From contig JASEEX010000007.1 in the NCBI GenBank assembly GCA_030019415.1, forward strand, positions 1 through 62,486: DNA of 62,486 nucleotides, read 5' to 3'. A model generated the notes under the pieces. It saw only the letters and a list, made by a program, of their open reading frames with translations, searched no databases and was not told the DNA's origin. This document shows, piece by piece, positions 45,897 through 55,624 of the stretch. A program made the position numbers and the translations under genes. Position 1 is the stretch's first letter. Every line of letters starts with the position of its first letter. This DNA is from Thermodesulfovibrionales bacterium (GTDB lineage Bacteria > Nitrospirota > Thermodesulfovibrionia > Thermodesulfovibrionales > SM23-35).

Positions 45897-47954
45897 ATGA
45901 AGAGACTCTTATATTTTCTCTGCCTGGTGCTGCCTTTGATAGGCTTATTATCAGGATGCGCCACTGTCCCGAAATCCAGGACCCTTCCGAAAAGCGAGTC
46001 TGCTGGAGCATCAGTTGTAAGCAGACCCCCTGAAGGCCAGCCCATAACTATAGGGCAATCCACAGGGCAACCACCTTCAAGGACAGAGGAGTTGACCCTT
46101 CCCACCTATGAAAGACCACCAGAAAAGCCTCTTCCTAAGGCAGAGCCAATAGACCCAAAGCGGGTCGTCCATGCAGAAGTCCCTGTTATGCTCAATGTCG
46201 AAGACATGCCCCTTTCAGACTTCATAATCTATGCCCTTGGGGAGACCCTGAAGATAACATTCGTCATAGACGAGCCTGTCAAGAACATGAAAACCCCCAT
46301 AACCTTCAGGATGACTCAGGAGATGCCTGCAGAGAGGGTATTAGAGAACGTGATCGGTCTTCTCGAAAAGAACGACCTAATCGTAGAGGAGAAAGCAGGG
46401 GCATTATTCATCACCAAGTCAAGGCTTCAACCAAAAAGGCCTATGGATATTAGGATAGGCAGGGATGTCCCTGAAAGCCCTGCCGAGGTGCTACAGGTAG
46501 TTCCCCTCAGGTATATAAGGCCTTCTGATATCGACTCTATTATCAAGGAGGTTTACAAAACAGGCATAAATCTAAGAATATATCCAAAGGGAAATGCCCT
46601 CCTCCTTTCAGGGCCCGCAACGGATGTAAAAGAGATAGTGGAGTTCATAGGGTTATTTGATGTCCCCTATATCCAGAACAAAAGTCTCTCCATGCTTAAA
46701 CTAACCTACTGGCAGACCGATGAGTTCATAAACCAGCTCTCCACCATACTCGAAGGGCTTGGCTTTACCGTAGCAAGATCACCCAGAGATCCAGGGATTC
46801 TCTTTATTCCCATAAAGTTTTTAAACAACCTGATTGTAGTAGCACCTGACGAAGAGTCCCTGAAATATGTCCTTGATTGGTACCGGAAACTTGACACTGC
46901 TGAGTCAGCAGGTACTGAGGAGAAGGCATTCACTTACACCCCGAAGTATTCAAGGGCATCAGACCTTGTTGATGCATTAAGGAATCTTTACATGGTTGCA
47001 CCCCCTCCTGCAGCTCCAGTACAGCCCCCGACCGCACAAAGACCGTCACCACAACAGCCCACATTAACCATCAGTGGCCTTAAGATATCAGCCGATGACA
47101 AAAGGAATCTCATACTCATCCTCACTACACCTGCTCAGTACAGAAGCATCCTCAGTTATCTTGAAAGGCTCGATGTTCCACCACGGCAGGTGCTCATTGA
47201 GGCAACAATAGCTGAGCTGACCCTTAAGGAAGACCTCAAGTATGGTCTTGAGTGGTATATAAAAAACAAGATGGTGGAAGGGAAATATACACTTCAGACC
47301 TTAGGACAGCTCGGACTCACCACTGCTACAGGTCTCACATACCAATTTATCTCTGATACAGAGAAGTTTAAGGCCCTTATAAATGCCTTTGCAAAGGAAG
47401 ACAGGATAAATATCCTTTCAAGTCCAAGACTCGTGGTGCTTGATAACGAAGAGGCAACGATACAGATAGGAACAGAGGTTCCTATCGTAACAGGTGAGGT
47501 CTCTGCCCCTGATATAACTACTGGGAAGCCGAGCATCATGAGAAACATCCAGTACAGAACTACAGGTGTAATATTAAGGGTAAAACCCACAATAAATACA
47601 GAAGGTCTCCTCACATTGAATATATCTCAAGAGGTGAGTGAGGCACAAACAAATATAGCATCCGGGATTGATTCACCAATGATACTTTTAAGGAGGATAA
47701 ACACGATGGTTGTAGCAGCAACTGCTCAGTCCATCATCCTTGGGGGCATCATGTCTGAGACTACAAGCGAAACGGAAAATAAGGTTCCGCTTTTAGGTGA
47801 TATACCGGTACTCGGGCACCTCTTTAAGACTACATCCAGGGGGAAGCAAAAGACAGAACTGATTATTCTTCTCACCCCCTCAATTCTTACTAATATAGAT
47901 GACGCAGTAAGGGTCACAAATGAGTTTAAAGAAGGTTTGAAATGGCTAAAATGA
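45897..47954 (+). CDS. gspD: secretin (lipoprotein form)
   Basis: Lipobox LLSGC, Pro-rich linkers, N-domains, and a C-terminal secretin domain (VPLLGDIPVLGHLF). Confidence 0.85.
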   Translation: MKRLLYFLCLVLPLIGLLSGCATVPKSRTLPKSESAGASVVSRPPEGQPITIGQSTGQPPSRTEELTLPTYERPPEKPLPKAEPIDPKRVVHAEVPVMLNVEDMPLSDFIIYALGETLKITFVIDEPVKNMKTPITFRMTQEMPAERVLENVIGLLEKNDLIVEEKAGALFITKSRLQPKRPMDIRIGRDVPESPAEVLQVVPLRYIRPSDIDSIIKEVYKTGINLRIYPKGNALLLSGPATDVKEIVEFIGLFDVPYIQNKSLSMLKLTYWQTDEFINQLSTILEGLGFTVARSPRDPGILFIPIKFLNNLIVVAPDEESLKYVLDWYRKLDTAESAGTEEKAFTYTPKYSRASDLVDALRNLYMVAPPPAAPVQPPTAQRPSPQQPTLTISGLKISADDKRNLILILTTPAQYRSILSYLERLDVPPRQVLIEATIAELTLKEDLKYGLEWYIKNKMVEGKYTLQTLGQLGLTTATGLTYQFISDTEKFKALINAFAKEDRINILSSPRLVVLDNEEATIQIGTEVPIVTGEVSAPDITTGKPSIMRNIQYRTTGVILRVKPTINTEGLLTLNISQEVSEAQTNIASGIDSPMILLRRINTMVVAATAQSIILGGIMSETTSETENKVPLLGDIPVLGHLFKTTSRGKQKTELIILLTPSILTNIDDAVRVTNEFKEGLKWLK

Positions 47955-48058
47955 GAGTTTTACCCCGCACCATGCCAGAATGCCCTGACCTTTGGTCGGG
48001 GATGAATGGCATTATAGATTTTCCTTATTGCAAGGGTGGGGTTTAAAGCCCCACCCGC

Positions 48059-48103
48059 GTAGTCCCTGCAACATGCGTTAGCATGGTGCAGGGACTACTT
48101 TTT
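48059..48103 (+). terminator. candidate intrinsic terminator after the T2SS operon
   Basis: 18-bp stem gtagtccctgcaacatgc / gcatggtgcagggactac (17 of 18), loop gtta, then TTTTT. Confidence 0.6.
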
Positions 48104-48233
48104 AAAACCTGTTGACAGGCGTTGTTAGTTAATATAAGCTTTCATAAGAGGTCACACTTGTCCAAAATAAATTTTCTTTGACAGCATATGGAAATCAGAA
48201 GGGAAGATATAATAGCATGTTGTTTTTATGTCG

Positions 48234-48317
48234 TCATTCCTGCGGAGGCAGGAATCCAGTATTTTTAACAATTTCTCATTGCTGTGTTTCTGGATTCCCG
48301 CTTTCGCGGGAATGACC
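48234..48317. repeat. inverted pair of GTCATTCC-hairpin-GGAATCCAG units (MITE-like)
   Basis: gtcattcctgcggaggcaggaatccag ... ctggattcccgctttcgcgggaatgac. Same architecture as 56582-56651. Confidence 0.7.
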
Positions 48318-48478
48318 GGAATGGTGATTTGTTTTGGACAGCATTTGTAAATAAAGGTAACCTGATTTTAGAATCGGAGCAAGTCTGCCCAAAAAGCTAT
48401 AAATTTCAAGAGGTTATTATTAAATGAGTAGATTTTTCAGATTATTTTGGACAGCAATGATAAGAGGTATGAAAATAA

Positions 48479-48965
48479 ATGTCTGTTATAGAGGAAAGGG
48501 TTGATAGGCTGGAGAAGGTTCTCTCTGAATTTATCACCAGCGTTGGGATAGAGTTCAACAAGGTCTATAACTCCCAGATGCGTACAGATGCAGAACTCAG
48601 GCTATTCAAGGATGAGATGAAGGCATTCAAGGATGAGATGAAGCAGATTAACAGGGAGATGAATATCAAGTGGGGTGAAATGGCTAACAAGCTTGGAACA
48701 ATAGTAGAAGACCTCGTTGCACCGAGCATACCGGGGATAGTAAATGAGGAGTTTGGGCTTGAAGTCACAGACTTAATGGTAAGGAGAAAGAAAAGGCTTG
48801 AAGACGGCAGGGTGAGAGAAAAAACTCATAGGCATACTGGCAGGCCTTTATATAGATGAGGGTATGATAAGGCATGCGGAGAAGAAAGGCTTTTTAGTTC
48901 TTTCTGTGGGTGATAAGTTAATGGAGGTCAAGAATACCAAAGGATTCAGGCCAAAGGAATGGTAG
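48479..48965 (+). pseudogene. coiled-coil protein gene disrupted by frameshift and apparent internal deletion
   Basis: ORF 48479-48859 (coiled-coil N-terminus) continues in another frame from 48816 as EKKLIGILAGLYIDEGMIRHAEKKGFLVLSVGDKLMEVKNTKGFRPKEW*. The junction is at an A6 run. The family call (endonuclease-fold with coiled coil) is tentative. Confidence 0.45.
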
Positions 48966-49073
48966 CTAAAAAAACTATTGACAGGCATGGCGAGATTGTA
49001 TATCTTATTCCATCTGAGGGTCTTTAGACCATGGACAATAATAAACACTTAAGAAGTGTGATAAAGATTTCCC

Positions 49074-49102
49074 TTGACTTTTTAACCATTGCACGGTAGA
49101 CT
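49074..49102 (+). promoter_or_regulatory. candidate sigma-70 promoter TTGACT-N17-TAGACT upstream of the surface-protein gene
   Basis: Counted directly. It would give a 5' leader of about 245 nt containing a hairpin ttgctggt-ttta-ccagcaa. Confidence 0.3.
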
Positions 49103-49151
49103 TTCTGAAATTACTAAGGAGACCATGATTAAGAGCATGGCTTATATTTCT

Positions 49152-49206
49152 GTCATTCCCGCAGTCCTTAAGCGGGAATCCAGTTTTTTTGCTTTTCCCG
49201 GATTCC
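49152..49206. repeat. partial GTCATTCC...GGAATCCAG hairpin element
   Basis: gtcattcccgcagtccttaagcgggaatccag followed by a degenerate cccggattcc. Confidence 0.5.
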
Positions 49207-49352
49207 TTAGTAAGTATTAAAAAGAAAAGGGGGTGAGAAAGTATATTTAATAGGCAAATGGCAATAGTAATTCCTTCAGCCCTTTGCCAGAAGTTTTCTT
49301 GCTGGTTTTACCAGCAATGTGGTAACAGATTTTAAAAACAAAGGAGGTTTAG

Positions 49353-50813
49353 ATGAGTAGGTATTTTAAGGTTTTAGTGTTAGCCATCTTGGCAGTTGGC
49401 CTGATGGCAGGATCAGCATATGGTCTCAAAAATATTCAGCGCCAAGGAAATGTTGATACCACGACAATAGCCAAAGAGATTATCGACCCATCTGTAGGAT
49501 ACACACATGTTGGCGCAGGAGCTATTGAATTTGATATTAGCAGTGGCATTGCAAATGGCAAAAAGATAGTCTTTACCCTGACCAATGGGACCCTTACGAA
49601 TATCAACAGCCTGAAAATGTGTACTTCGGCTCATGCAGCAGTTACCGCAAATCTCACTTCTACCACAACGGACAAGAGAAGGGCAGAGTTTACAGCCACT
49701 GGTGCCATCGCAGCAGGTCCAGACTACTACCTCACAGATGTGGCTTGCGGAGCAGCCCAGGGGTTATCCATAGGAATCGATGCGAATGCCTCTGCTGTCA
49801 CTGTTACAATTGCAACCGACGATACGAATGAGGCAACTCCCCAATTATCAAATACCACTTTCTACAAGGCACAACAGCAGTTCGGATTAAATGATTGTGG
49901 CAGTATAATTGATACAATTGATGTGGAGGCAGATCTCCTTAAATTTCTCGCTGCTACCACAGCATCAGGGAGTGATACCGTTTCTCATTGGGAAGGTGGT
50001 AATGGACTAGCTACTGGCTTTAAAGCTGCGTCCTCAGGGCCTACTCTTGCTGCCGTCGCTTACCCGAATGTGAATGTCAACTTCAAAGTATCAGGCAATT
50101 TGGTGGGTTTAAGCAGTGTGATACTCGTCGACACCAAAGGAACACCAGGAACAGGTGATGATGTTGACATTGCTACGCTTTCGATCAATGCAGACAAAAC
50201 AGAAGCCACAGGGTCAATGAAGTTAATGGACCTGACTGCAAAGACTGTTGCTATCAAGTTAACAGTCGATGGATCAACAACACTTGAAGACAGAAAGCTC
50301 AGCATTGGAGCAACACTATCAACTGCTGACGATGTAAAGGTTTCAACAACACTGATTGACTCTACCGCTACGACCAACACTCTAATTTCGGGGGCTGTTT
50401 ATATTGTAGCAGGCAAGGAACGGGTCATATGGGACCTCAACGGCCTCCAGTTTGTTGCTCCTTATGTAAGGCAGGACAGCATTGTAACTTCAGTTATAAG
50501 GGCTGAAAATGCATCCAACAAGGACTCTAAGATATGGTGGTTTGTAAATAATGGTGGTATATGGAAACTGGTTAAAACCGATAACTTTACCAATGGCAGC
50601 GTTCTTCTTAAGACAGGTCAGGCGCTGATTGATGATGCTGCAGCAGCTGGTGTTACACTTGATGCGACAAAGGGTTTCTCGGTATGGGGCGTTGTAAAAA
50701 CTACTGACGAGGGGAACCGTAAAAACATAACCGTGTATGGAAGCCAGCAGTTATTAGGTGGTCCCTTCAGGCCCCTTCCGGTACAAGTAAAGTGGGCTGA
50801 CTGGCACGAATAA
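49353..50813 (+). CDS. secreted Thr/Ala/Gly/Asp-rich cell-surface protein (S-layer or T2SS-substrate candidate)
   Basis: Signal peptide ending AGSAYG, AAAGGAGG RBS and a strong terminator. 486 aa with few Cys. I recognise no family. Confidence 0.5.
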   Translation: MSRYFKVLVLAILAVGLMAGSAYGLKNIQRQGNVDTTTIAKEIIDPSVGYTHVGAGAIEFDISSGIANGKKIVFTLTNGTLTNINSLKMCTSAHAAVTANLTSTTTDKRRAEFTATGAIAAGPDYYLTDVACGAAQGLSIGIDANASAVTVTIATDDTNEATPQLSNTTFYKAQQQFGLNDCGSIIDTIDVEADLLKFLAATTASGSDTVSHWEGGNGLATGFKAASSGPTLAAVAYPNVNVNFKVSGNLVGLSSVILVDTKGTPGTGDDVDIATLSINADKTEATGSMKLMDLTAKTVAIKLTVDGSTTLEDRKLSIGATLSTADDVKVSTTLIDSTATTNTLISGAVYIVAGKERVIWDLNGLQFVAPYVRQDSIVTSVIRAENASNKDSKIWWFVNNGGIWKLVKTDNFTNGSVLLKTGQALIDDAAAAGVTLDATKGFSVWGVVKTTDEGNRKNITVYGSQQLLGGPFRPLPVQVKWADWHE

Positions 50814-50833
50814 AAATTAGTTTTCTTTTAAAA

Positions 50834-50865
50834 GGCGGGCGACCTAGTCGCCCGCCTTTTTTTTT
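50834..50865 (+). terminator. strong intrinsic terminator
   Basis: ggcgggcgac-cta-gtcgcccgcc perfect 10-bp GC stem followed by T9. Confidence 0.9.
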
Positions 50866-50944
50866 ATACCTAAAATATTGTTTAGCTGTGCTAAAATGTT
50901 TTATCTATTCACGATGTTTCGATGTTTTTTGAACCCAATTTAAA

Positions 50945-53900
50945 ATGAAAATTCTGATAATCACTGAAAATTTCAGAACAGGCGGTCTTGAGACCCAGAT
51001 AATGGGATTTTGTAGATATCTCAAAAACTCAGGACATGAGGTTTATCTCATCTCAGGTATTGGGAGCAGGACTTTTCCCCTCAAGGAGATTATTGATAAA
51101 AATATCCTTGAGGTGGATATGAGACCTGATTTACCCACAAAAGAGGCGATTGATTCAATAAACAGGACAGTCTCCTTTATCAAGGATATAGACCCTGATG
51201 TTCTTCATCTCCATCCATTTACAAGCATCATCTATGGAGGCATTGGAGCGGCAGTCCTTCAAAAACCCTATGTTATTACACTTCATGGGCCGTTGAGTCT
51301 CACCTATGGTTACAACCCCTCGTATCGTTTATATATCGACCTGATACTTAAAGATGCCTGGCGTGTGTTTTGTGTTTCAGAGGAGGTTGCCCAAAGGGTA
51401 AAGGACATTGTCCCTGATTGCAATTTAAGTATACTCCCCAATGGAGTTGATACAGAAAGATTTATACCGGTCCAGAGAGACCCTGATGGTCCAGTGGCCT
51501 TAGTTGCCAGGATCGATTCTGATAAGATTCCAGGAATAAAATCCTTTTTAACAGAGTGGTCAAAATTGCCACGTAGTCTTAGGCAGACTATTCATATCTT
51601 TGGAGAAGGCAATTCCGTTGAAGAACTTAAAAACTGGGTGAAGGCTAACTTAAACGGAGGAACATGGGTAACATTCATGGGGCATGAAGATAATCTCCAT
51701 GAACGACTTAAGAGAGGTTATTCTTTGGTAGCTGGGATGGGGAGGGTTGTGCTTGAGGCCGCAGCCATGAATCTGCCAGTGATTCTTGTTGGGTACAGTA
51801 GACCTAATGGCCCGGTTAGTGTGGATAATTGTAATCAACTCTTTTACAGGAATTTCTCCGGCCGATATACCTCTGTAATTAATAATGTAGAAAAACTTAA
51901 AGAGGAGCTATCAGAACTTGAAACTTCACCGGAACGGTTTTTACTCCGTTCGTGGGTTGTAGAAAATGCCGATGAGAAAAAGATTCATGCCGGATACCTA
52001 CAAGAGGTTAAAAATGCAAAACAGGTGAATTACAGATGGCGAGAGGCCTTTTTGTCATCTATCGGAGAAGCAGAGGATATATCATTATTTGGGGATAAAG
52101 TGTTTCATTGCCTCCTTAATAATCTCCCGCAAGATCAGGTAAATTCCAATTGGGTAAATCTTTTTCTCAGTGACAAGATAAACTGGGCAATTACAGAAAA
52201 GAATTCATTAGGTAGCCAGCTAAACCAGACAATTGCAGAAAAGGATAGCCTCCAACATCAATTTAACCAGATGTTAGTAGAGAAGGAGGCATTAGGTAGC
52301 CAGCTAAACCAGACAATTGCAGAAAAGGATAGCCTGTGGAATCAGCTAAACAACATATATACAAGTGATTTCTGGAAGGCGGCGAGTTGGTATTATAGGG
52401 TGAGAGACAAAAATCCAATTTTAAGGTTTTTCTATCTTAATGCAAAGAAATTTAAATCGACGATTAAGAATAAAAACTATCTTTTTTACCTTTCAAAATT
52501 TCAGAATTATTCGAAGCAATATGGCATAAGAAAAGCTTTGAAGATGACCTTCTGCAAGCTTACAAATAGTTCTTTTGTTACAGAATCGGAACGAGGCACA
52601 TTCAAGGAAAAAGACCGCAATACAGATAGGGTTTTTACGGATATAAAAAGACCTAAAGCAAAAACAGAACTAAAGAATATAATTGAAAGTCATAAACATG
52701 TTAAGGGAGTTATATTGTATAAATCTTTTCTTGACTGGAATTTTCCTCTTTTCCAGAGACCTCACCAGTTGAGCATTGCCTTTGCAAAAAATGGTTTTTT
52801 GGTCTTCTACTATTCCCCAAATTGGGAGTATGATAATTATACTGGTTTCAGTAAGATCATGGATAATCTTTTAGTATTTCATGAGGATCTTGATATATTT
52901 AATTCTATCGACAATTATATAGTCTTTCTAAATTGGAATGCCTTTGATGACCTTGCTCCATTTAAGAAACCGAAGATGATTATTTATGACTATCTTGATC
53001 ATATAGAATTACTGGATGTTTATAATGAAAAGATCTTACAGAATCATATTGAGACAATAAAAAAAGCTGATATTGTTACGGTTACGGCAGAAGACCTCTA
53101 TGATGAGGTGAAACAGTATAGGGATAAAGTCATTTTATGTCCTAACGCTGCAGATGTCGAGCACTTTAGAAATAGTAAAAAAGAAATCCCGCATGATATC
53201 AAAAGATTGGTGGAATCAAAAAAACCTATTATTGGTTATTATGGCGCCCTCGCCCGTTGGTTTGACTACGAGCTTCTTAAGTACTGTGCATCCCGTAAAC
53301 CTAATTATAACTTTCTCCTCATTGGTTATGATTACGATGGAAGTTATAAAAAGTCGGGTATTCATTTATATGAAAACGTAATCCGTATTGATCCAGTTCA
53401 TTATAGTGTTTTACCACAATACCTTCAATATTTTGATGTGGCAACGATATCTTTTGTTGTAGATGATATTACTTCTGCGACATCACCGATTAAACTCTTT
53501 GAATATGCAGCCCTACGGAAGCCGATTGTAACTACTGATTTGCCTGAGTGCAGGAAGTACAGAGCTGTTTTGATTTCGCATTCTTTCGAAGAATTCCTTA
53601 ATAATATTGACAGGGCGCTTAAACTTAAAGATGACCCTGATTATCTCAAGGAGCTAGATAAGTTAGCAGAAGATAATACATGGGATTCGAGAGTTAAGCT
53701 GATTATAGATGGAATCGAAAAGAAAGGACTGGATAGGCCATGGGAAACAGTACAATGCAGACAGAGTTCATATGATATCATCAACTTTCCTATTATGCCA
53801 TGGGATTCGAGGATACAAAGGTCACAACAGTTGATAAGACAATTTGCCAAAAAAGGGTCAAGGATTTTTCGCATAAATACAAATTTTTCCTCAAACACTT

Positions 53901-55618
53901 ATAGTCTGGTGAAGATCGATGCTAATGTATTCCACTTGACTTTAGATAAAGACATCAAATTGAATATCTTTACTGATGTGATCGACGATGTGAATCTTCT
54001 AAGGATGATTCATTCCCTTGACGTGTTTTTTAGAAATGAGTTTATTCCAGCCCCTCCAATTTGTATTGTTGAACTTCCCTTCTGGTCTTCTATCGCAGAA
54101 TATCTTAAAAAGAGATATAACTGCAAAATCATTTATGACTGTATGGACGAGCACTCAGGATTTTCTACCAATTCAGAAAAAATGTTGGAATTTGAAAAAG
54201 AATTGGCAAAACTCTCAGACGCTATCATTGTAAGTTCAAAAAAGCTTTTTGATAAGATGAAGGAGCTCAATAACCAAACCATTGTAATAAACAATGCAAC
54301 CGATTTTGATCATTTCCACCGGCTAAAGGAAAATGACCTCCTAAAAGACTACAAAAAACCGATCGTCGGCTACTTTGGCGCAATTTCTGACTGGTTCGAT
54401 ATAGAGACTATTGAGTATGCAGCAAAAAAGAAAGAGGATTGGACATTTATTCTTATTGGTAGTACATTCGGGGCTGATATAAGCCGAGCGACAAAACTCT
54501 CAAATATCCATTTCCTTGGTGAAAAGCCTTATTCCGAACTCTCTCAATATCTTTACTGGTTTGATGTTTGCCTGATACCAATGAAACTCAACAAACTCAC
54601 AGAAGCAACGAACCCTGTGAAGTTTTTTGAGTATATCAGTTCAGGCAAACCGGTAGTTTCTGCAAAACTTTTGGAGCTTGAACCATACGGAGACATACTC
54701 TATTTTTATAAAACAAAGGAAGATTTCGTTTTACAGACAGAAAAAGCTCTTGAAGAGAAAGACCTAAATTTGATAGAGAAAAGAATTGATATCGCCAGAC
54801 AGAACACATGGGAAAAACGTTTTGTGGAATTTGACCAATTGATAAGGAATATTTTTCCTAAGGTTAGCATTATTTTAATTACTTACAATTGTTTAGATTT
54901 CACAAAGTTATGTATTAACAGCATCTATACTAACTCTAAATACCCAAATTTCGAAATAATAATTGTAGACAATTGCTCAGGGGATGGCACAGTGGAATAC
55001 CTTAAGCATTTATTAAGCCAGAAGGACAACGTTAAGGTCATTTTCAACGAAAAAAATTATGGATTTGCATATGCTAACAACCAAGGCATAAAACTGGTAG
55101 AAGGTGAATATGTCATATTTCTTAATAACGACACTGTTGTAAGCCCAGGATGGATATATAGGCTGTTAAGACATTTAGAAAGTAAAAAGGTTGGTATGGT
55201 TGGTCCTGTCACAAACAGTAGCGGAAACAAAGCACAAATTACTGTTTCTTACAATGTTAAGACATTGGAAGGTTTCGATAAATTCACTGAAAAATATCTA
55301 AGAGACCATCCAGAGTCTGAGTTTTTTGAAATCAAGATGCTTGGCCTGTATTGTGTTGCTATGAGAAAAGGGGTGCTTGACGAAGTTGGGGTGCTTGATG
55401 AGCGTTTCAGTATAGGGAGCTTTGAAGATGACGACTTTGCAAACAGGGTAAAATTGAGAGGTTATAGGATTATTTGCGCCCGCGATATATTTATTCATCA
55501 TTTTGGAAGTGCAACTTTTGGCAAACTCGCTACACAGGAATTACAGAGTATCTACAATAGAAATAAACTTAAATTTGAAGAAAAATGGGGTTCTCGCTGG
55601 GAACCGGATCTGGATTAA
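50945..55618 (+). CDS. 1557-aa multidomain glycosyltransferase: GT4-like, coiled coil, two GT-B (group 1-like) modules, GT2
   Basis: N-terminal MKILIITENFRTGGLE GT4 start. Coiled coil at about aa 411-472. Paralogous modules with PIIGYYGALARWFD...KLFEY and PIVGYFGAISDWFD...KFFEY. C-terminal GT2 (VSIILITYN, DNCS.DGT, NND, FEDDDF). Confidence 0.8.
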   Translation: MKILIITENFRTGGLETQIMGFCRYLKNSGHEVYLISGIGSRTFPLKEIIDKNILEVDMRPDLPTKEAIDSINRTVSFIKDIDPDVLHLHPFTSIIYGGIGAAVLQKPYVITLHGPLSLTYGYNPSYRLYIDLILKDAWRVFCVSEEVAQRVKDIVPDCNLSILPNGVDTERFIPVQRDPDGPVALVARIDSDKIPGIKSFLTEWSKLPRSLRQTIHIFGEGNSVEELKNWVKANLNGGTWVTFMGHEDNLHERLKRGYSLVAGMGRVVLEAAAMNLPVILVGYSRPNGPVSVDNCNQLFYRNFSGRYTSVINNVEKLKEELSELETSPERFLLRSWVVENADEKKIHAGYLQEVKNAKQVNYRWREAFLSSIGEAEDISLFGDKVFHCLLNNLPQDQVNSNWVNLFLSDKINWAITEKNSLGSQLNQTIAEKDSLQHQFNQMLVEKEALGSQLNQTIAEKDSLWNQLNNIYTSDFWKAASWYYRVRDKNPILRFFYLNAKKFKSTIKNKNYLFYLSKFQNYSKQYGIRKALKMTFCKLTNSSFVTESERGTFKEKDRNTDRVFTDIKRPKAKTELKNIIESHKHVKGVILYKSFLDWNFPLFQRPHQLSIAFAKNGFLVFYYSPNWEYDNYTGFSKIMDNLLVFHEDLDIFNSIDNYIVFLNWNAFDDLAPFKKPKMIIYDYLDHIELLDVYNEKILQNHIETIKKADIVTVTAEDLYDEVKQYRDKVILCPNAADVEHFRNSKKEIPHDIKRLVESKKPIIGYYGALARWFDYELLKYCASRKPNYNFLLIGYDYDGSYKKSGIHLYENVIRIDPVHYSVLPQYLQYFDVATISFVVDDITSATSPIKLFEYAALRKPIVTTDLPECRKYRAVLISHSFEEFLNNIDRALKLKDDPDYLKELDKLAEDNTWDSRVKLIIDGIEKKGLDRPWETVQCRQSSYDIINFPIMPWDSRIQRSQQLIRQFAKKGSRIFRINTNFSSNTYSLVKIDANVFHLTLDKDIKLNIFTDVIDDVNLLRMIHSLDVFFRNEFIPAPPICIVELPFWSSIAEYLKKRYNCKIIYDCMDEHSGFSTNSEKMLEFEKELAKLSDAIIVSSKKLFDKMKELNNQTIVINNATDFDHFHRLKENDLLKDYKKPIVGYFGAISDWFDIETIEYAAKKKEDWTFILIGSTFGADISRATKLSNIHFLGEKPYSELSQYLYWFDVCLIPMKLNKLTEATNPVKFFEYISSGKPVVSAKLLELEPYGDILYFYKTKEDFVLQTEKALEEKDLNLIEKRIDIARQNTWEKRFVEFDQLIRNIFPKVSIILITYNCLDFTKLCINSIYTNSKYPNFEIIIVDNCSGDGTVEYLKHLLSQKDNVKVIFNEKNYGFAYANNQGIKLVEGEYVIFLNNDTVVSPGWIYRLLRHLESKKVGMVGPVTNSSGNKAQITVSYNVKTLEGFDKFTEKYLRDHPESEFFEIKMLGLYCVAMRKGVLDEVGVLDERFSIGSFEDDDFANRVKLRGYRIICARDIFIHHFGSATFGKLATQELQSIYNRNKLKFEEKWGSRWEPDLD
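52206..52335 (+). repeat. 46-bp perfect direct repeat with 84-bp period inside the coiled-coil segment of the giant GT
   Basis: cattaggtagccagctaaaccagacaattgcagaaaaggatagcct at 52206-52251 and 52290-52335. It encodes LGSQLNQTIAEKDSL twice, 28 aa apart. Confidence 0.9.
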
Positions 55619-55624
55619 CTTGAA

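Noticed and set aside
48816-48824. Programmed frameshift at the A6 run joining the two frames of the 48479-48965 gene.
   Set aside because: The joined product would still lack the central part expected between the N-terminal coil and the C-terminal segment. There is no downstream stimulatory structure. Decay is more likely.
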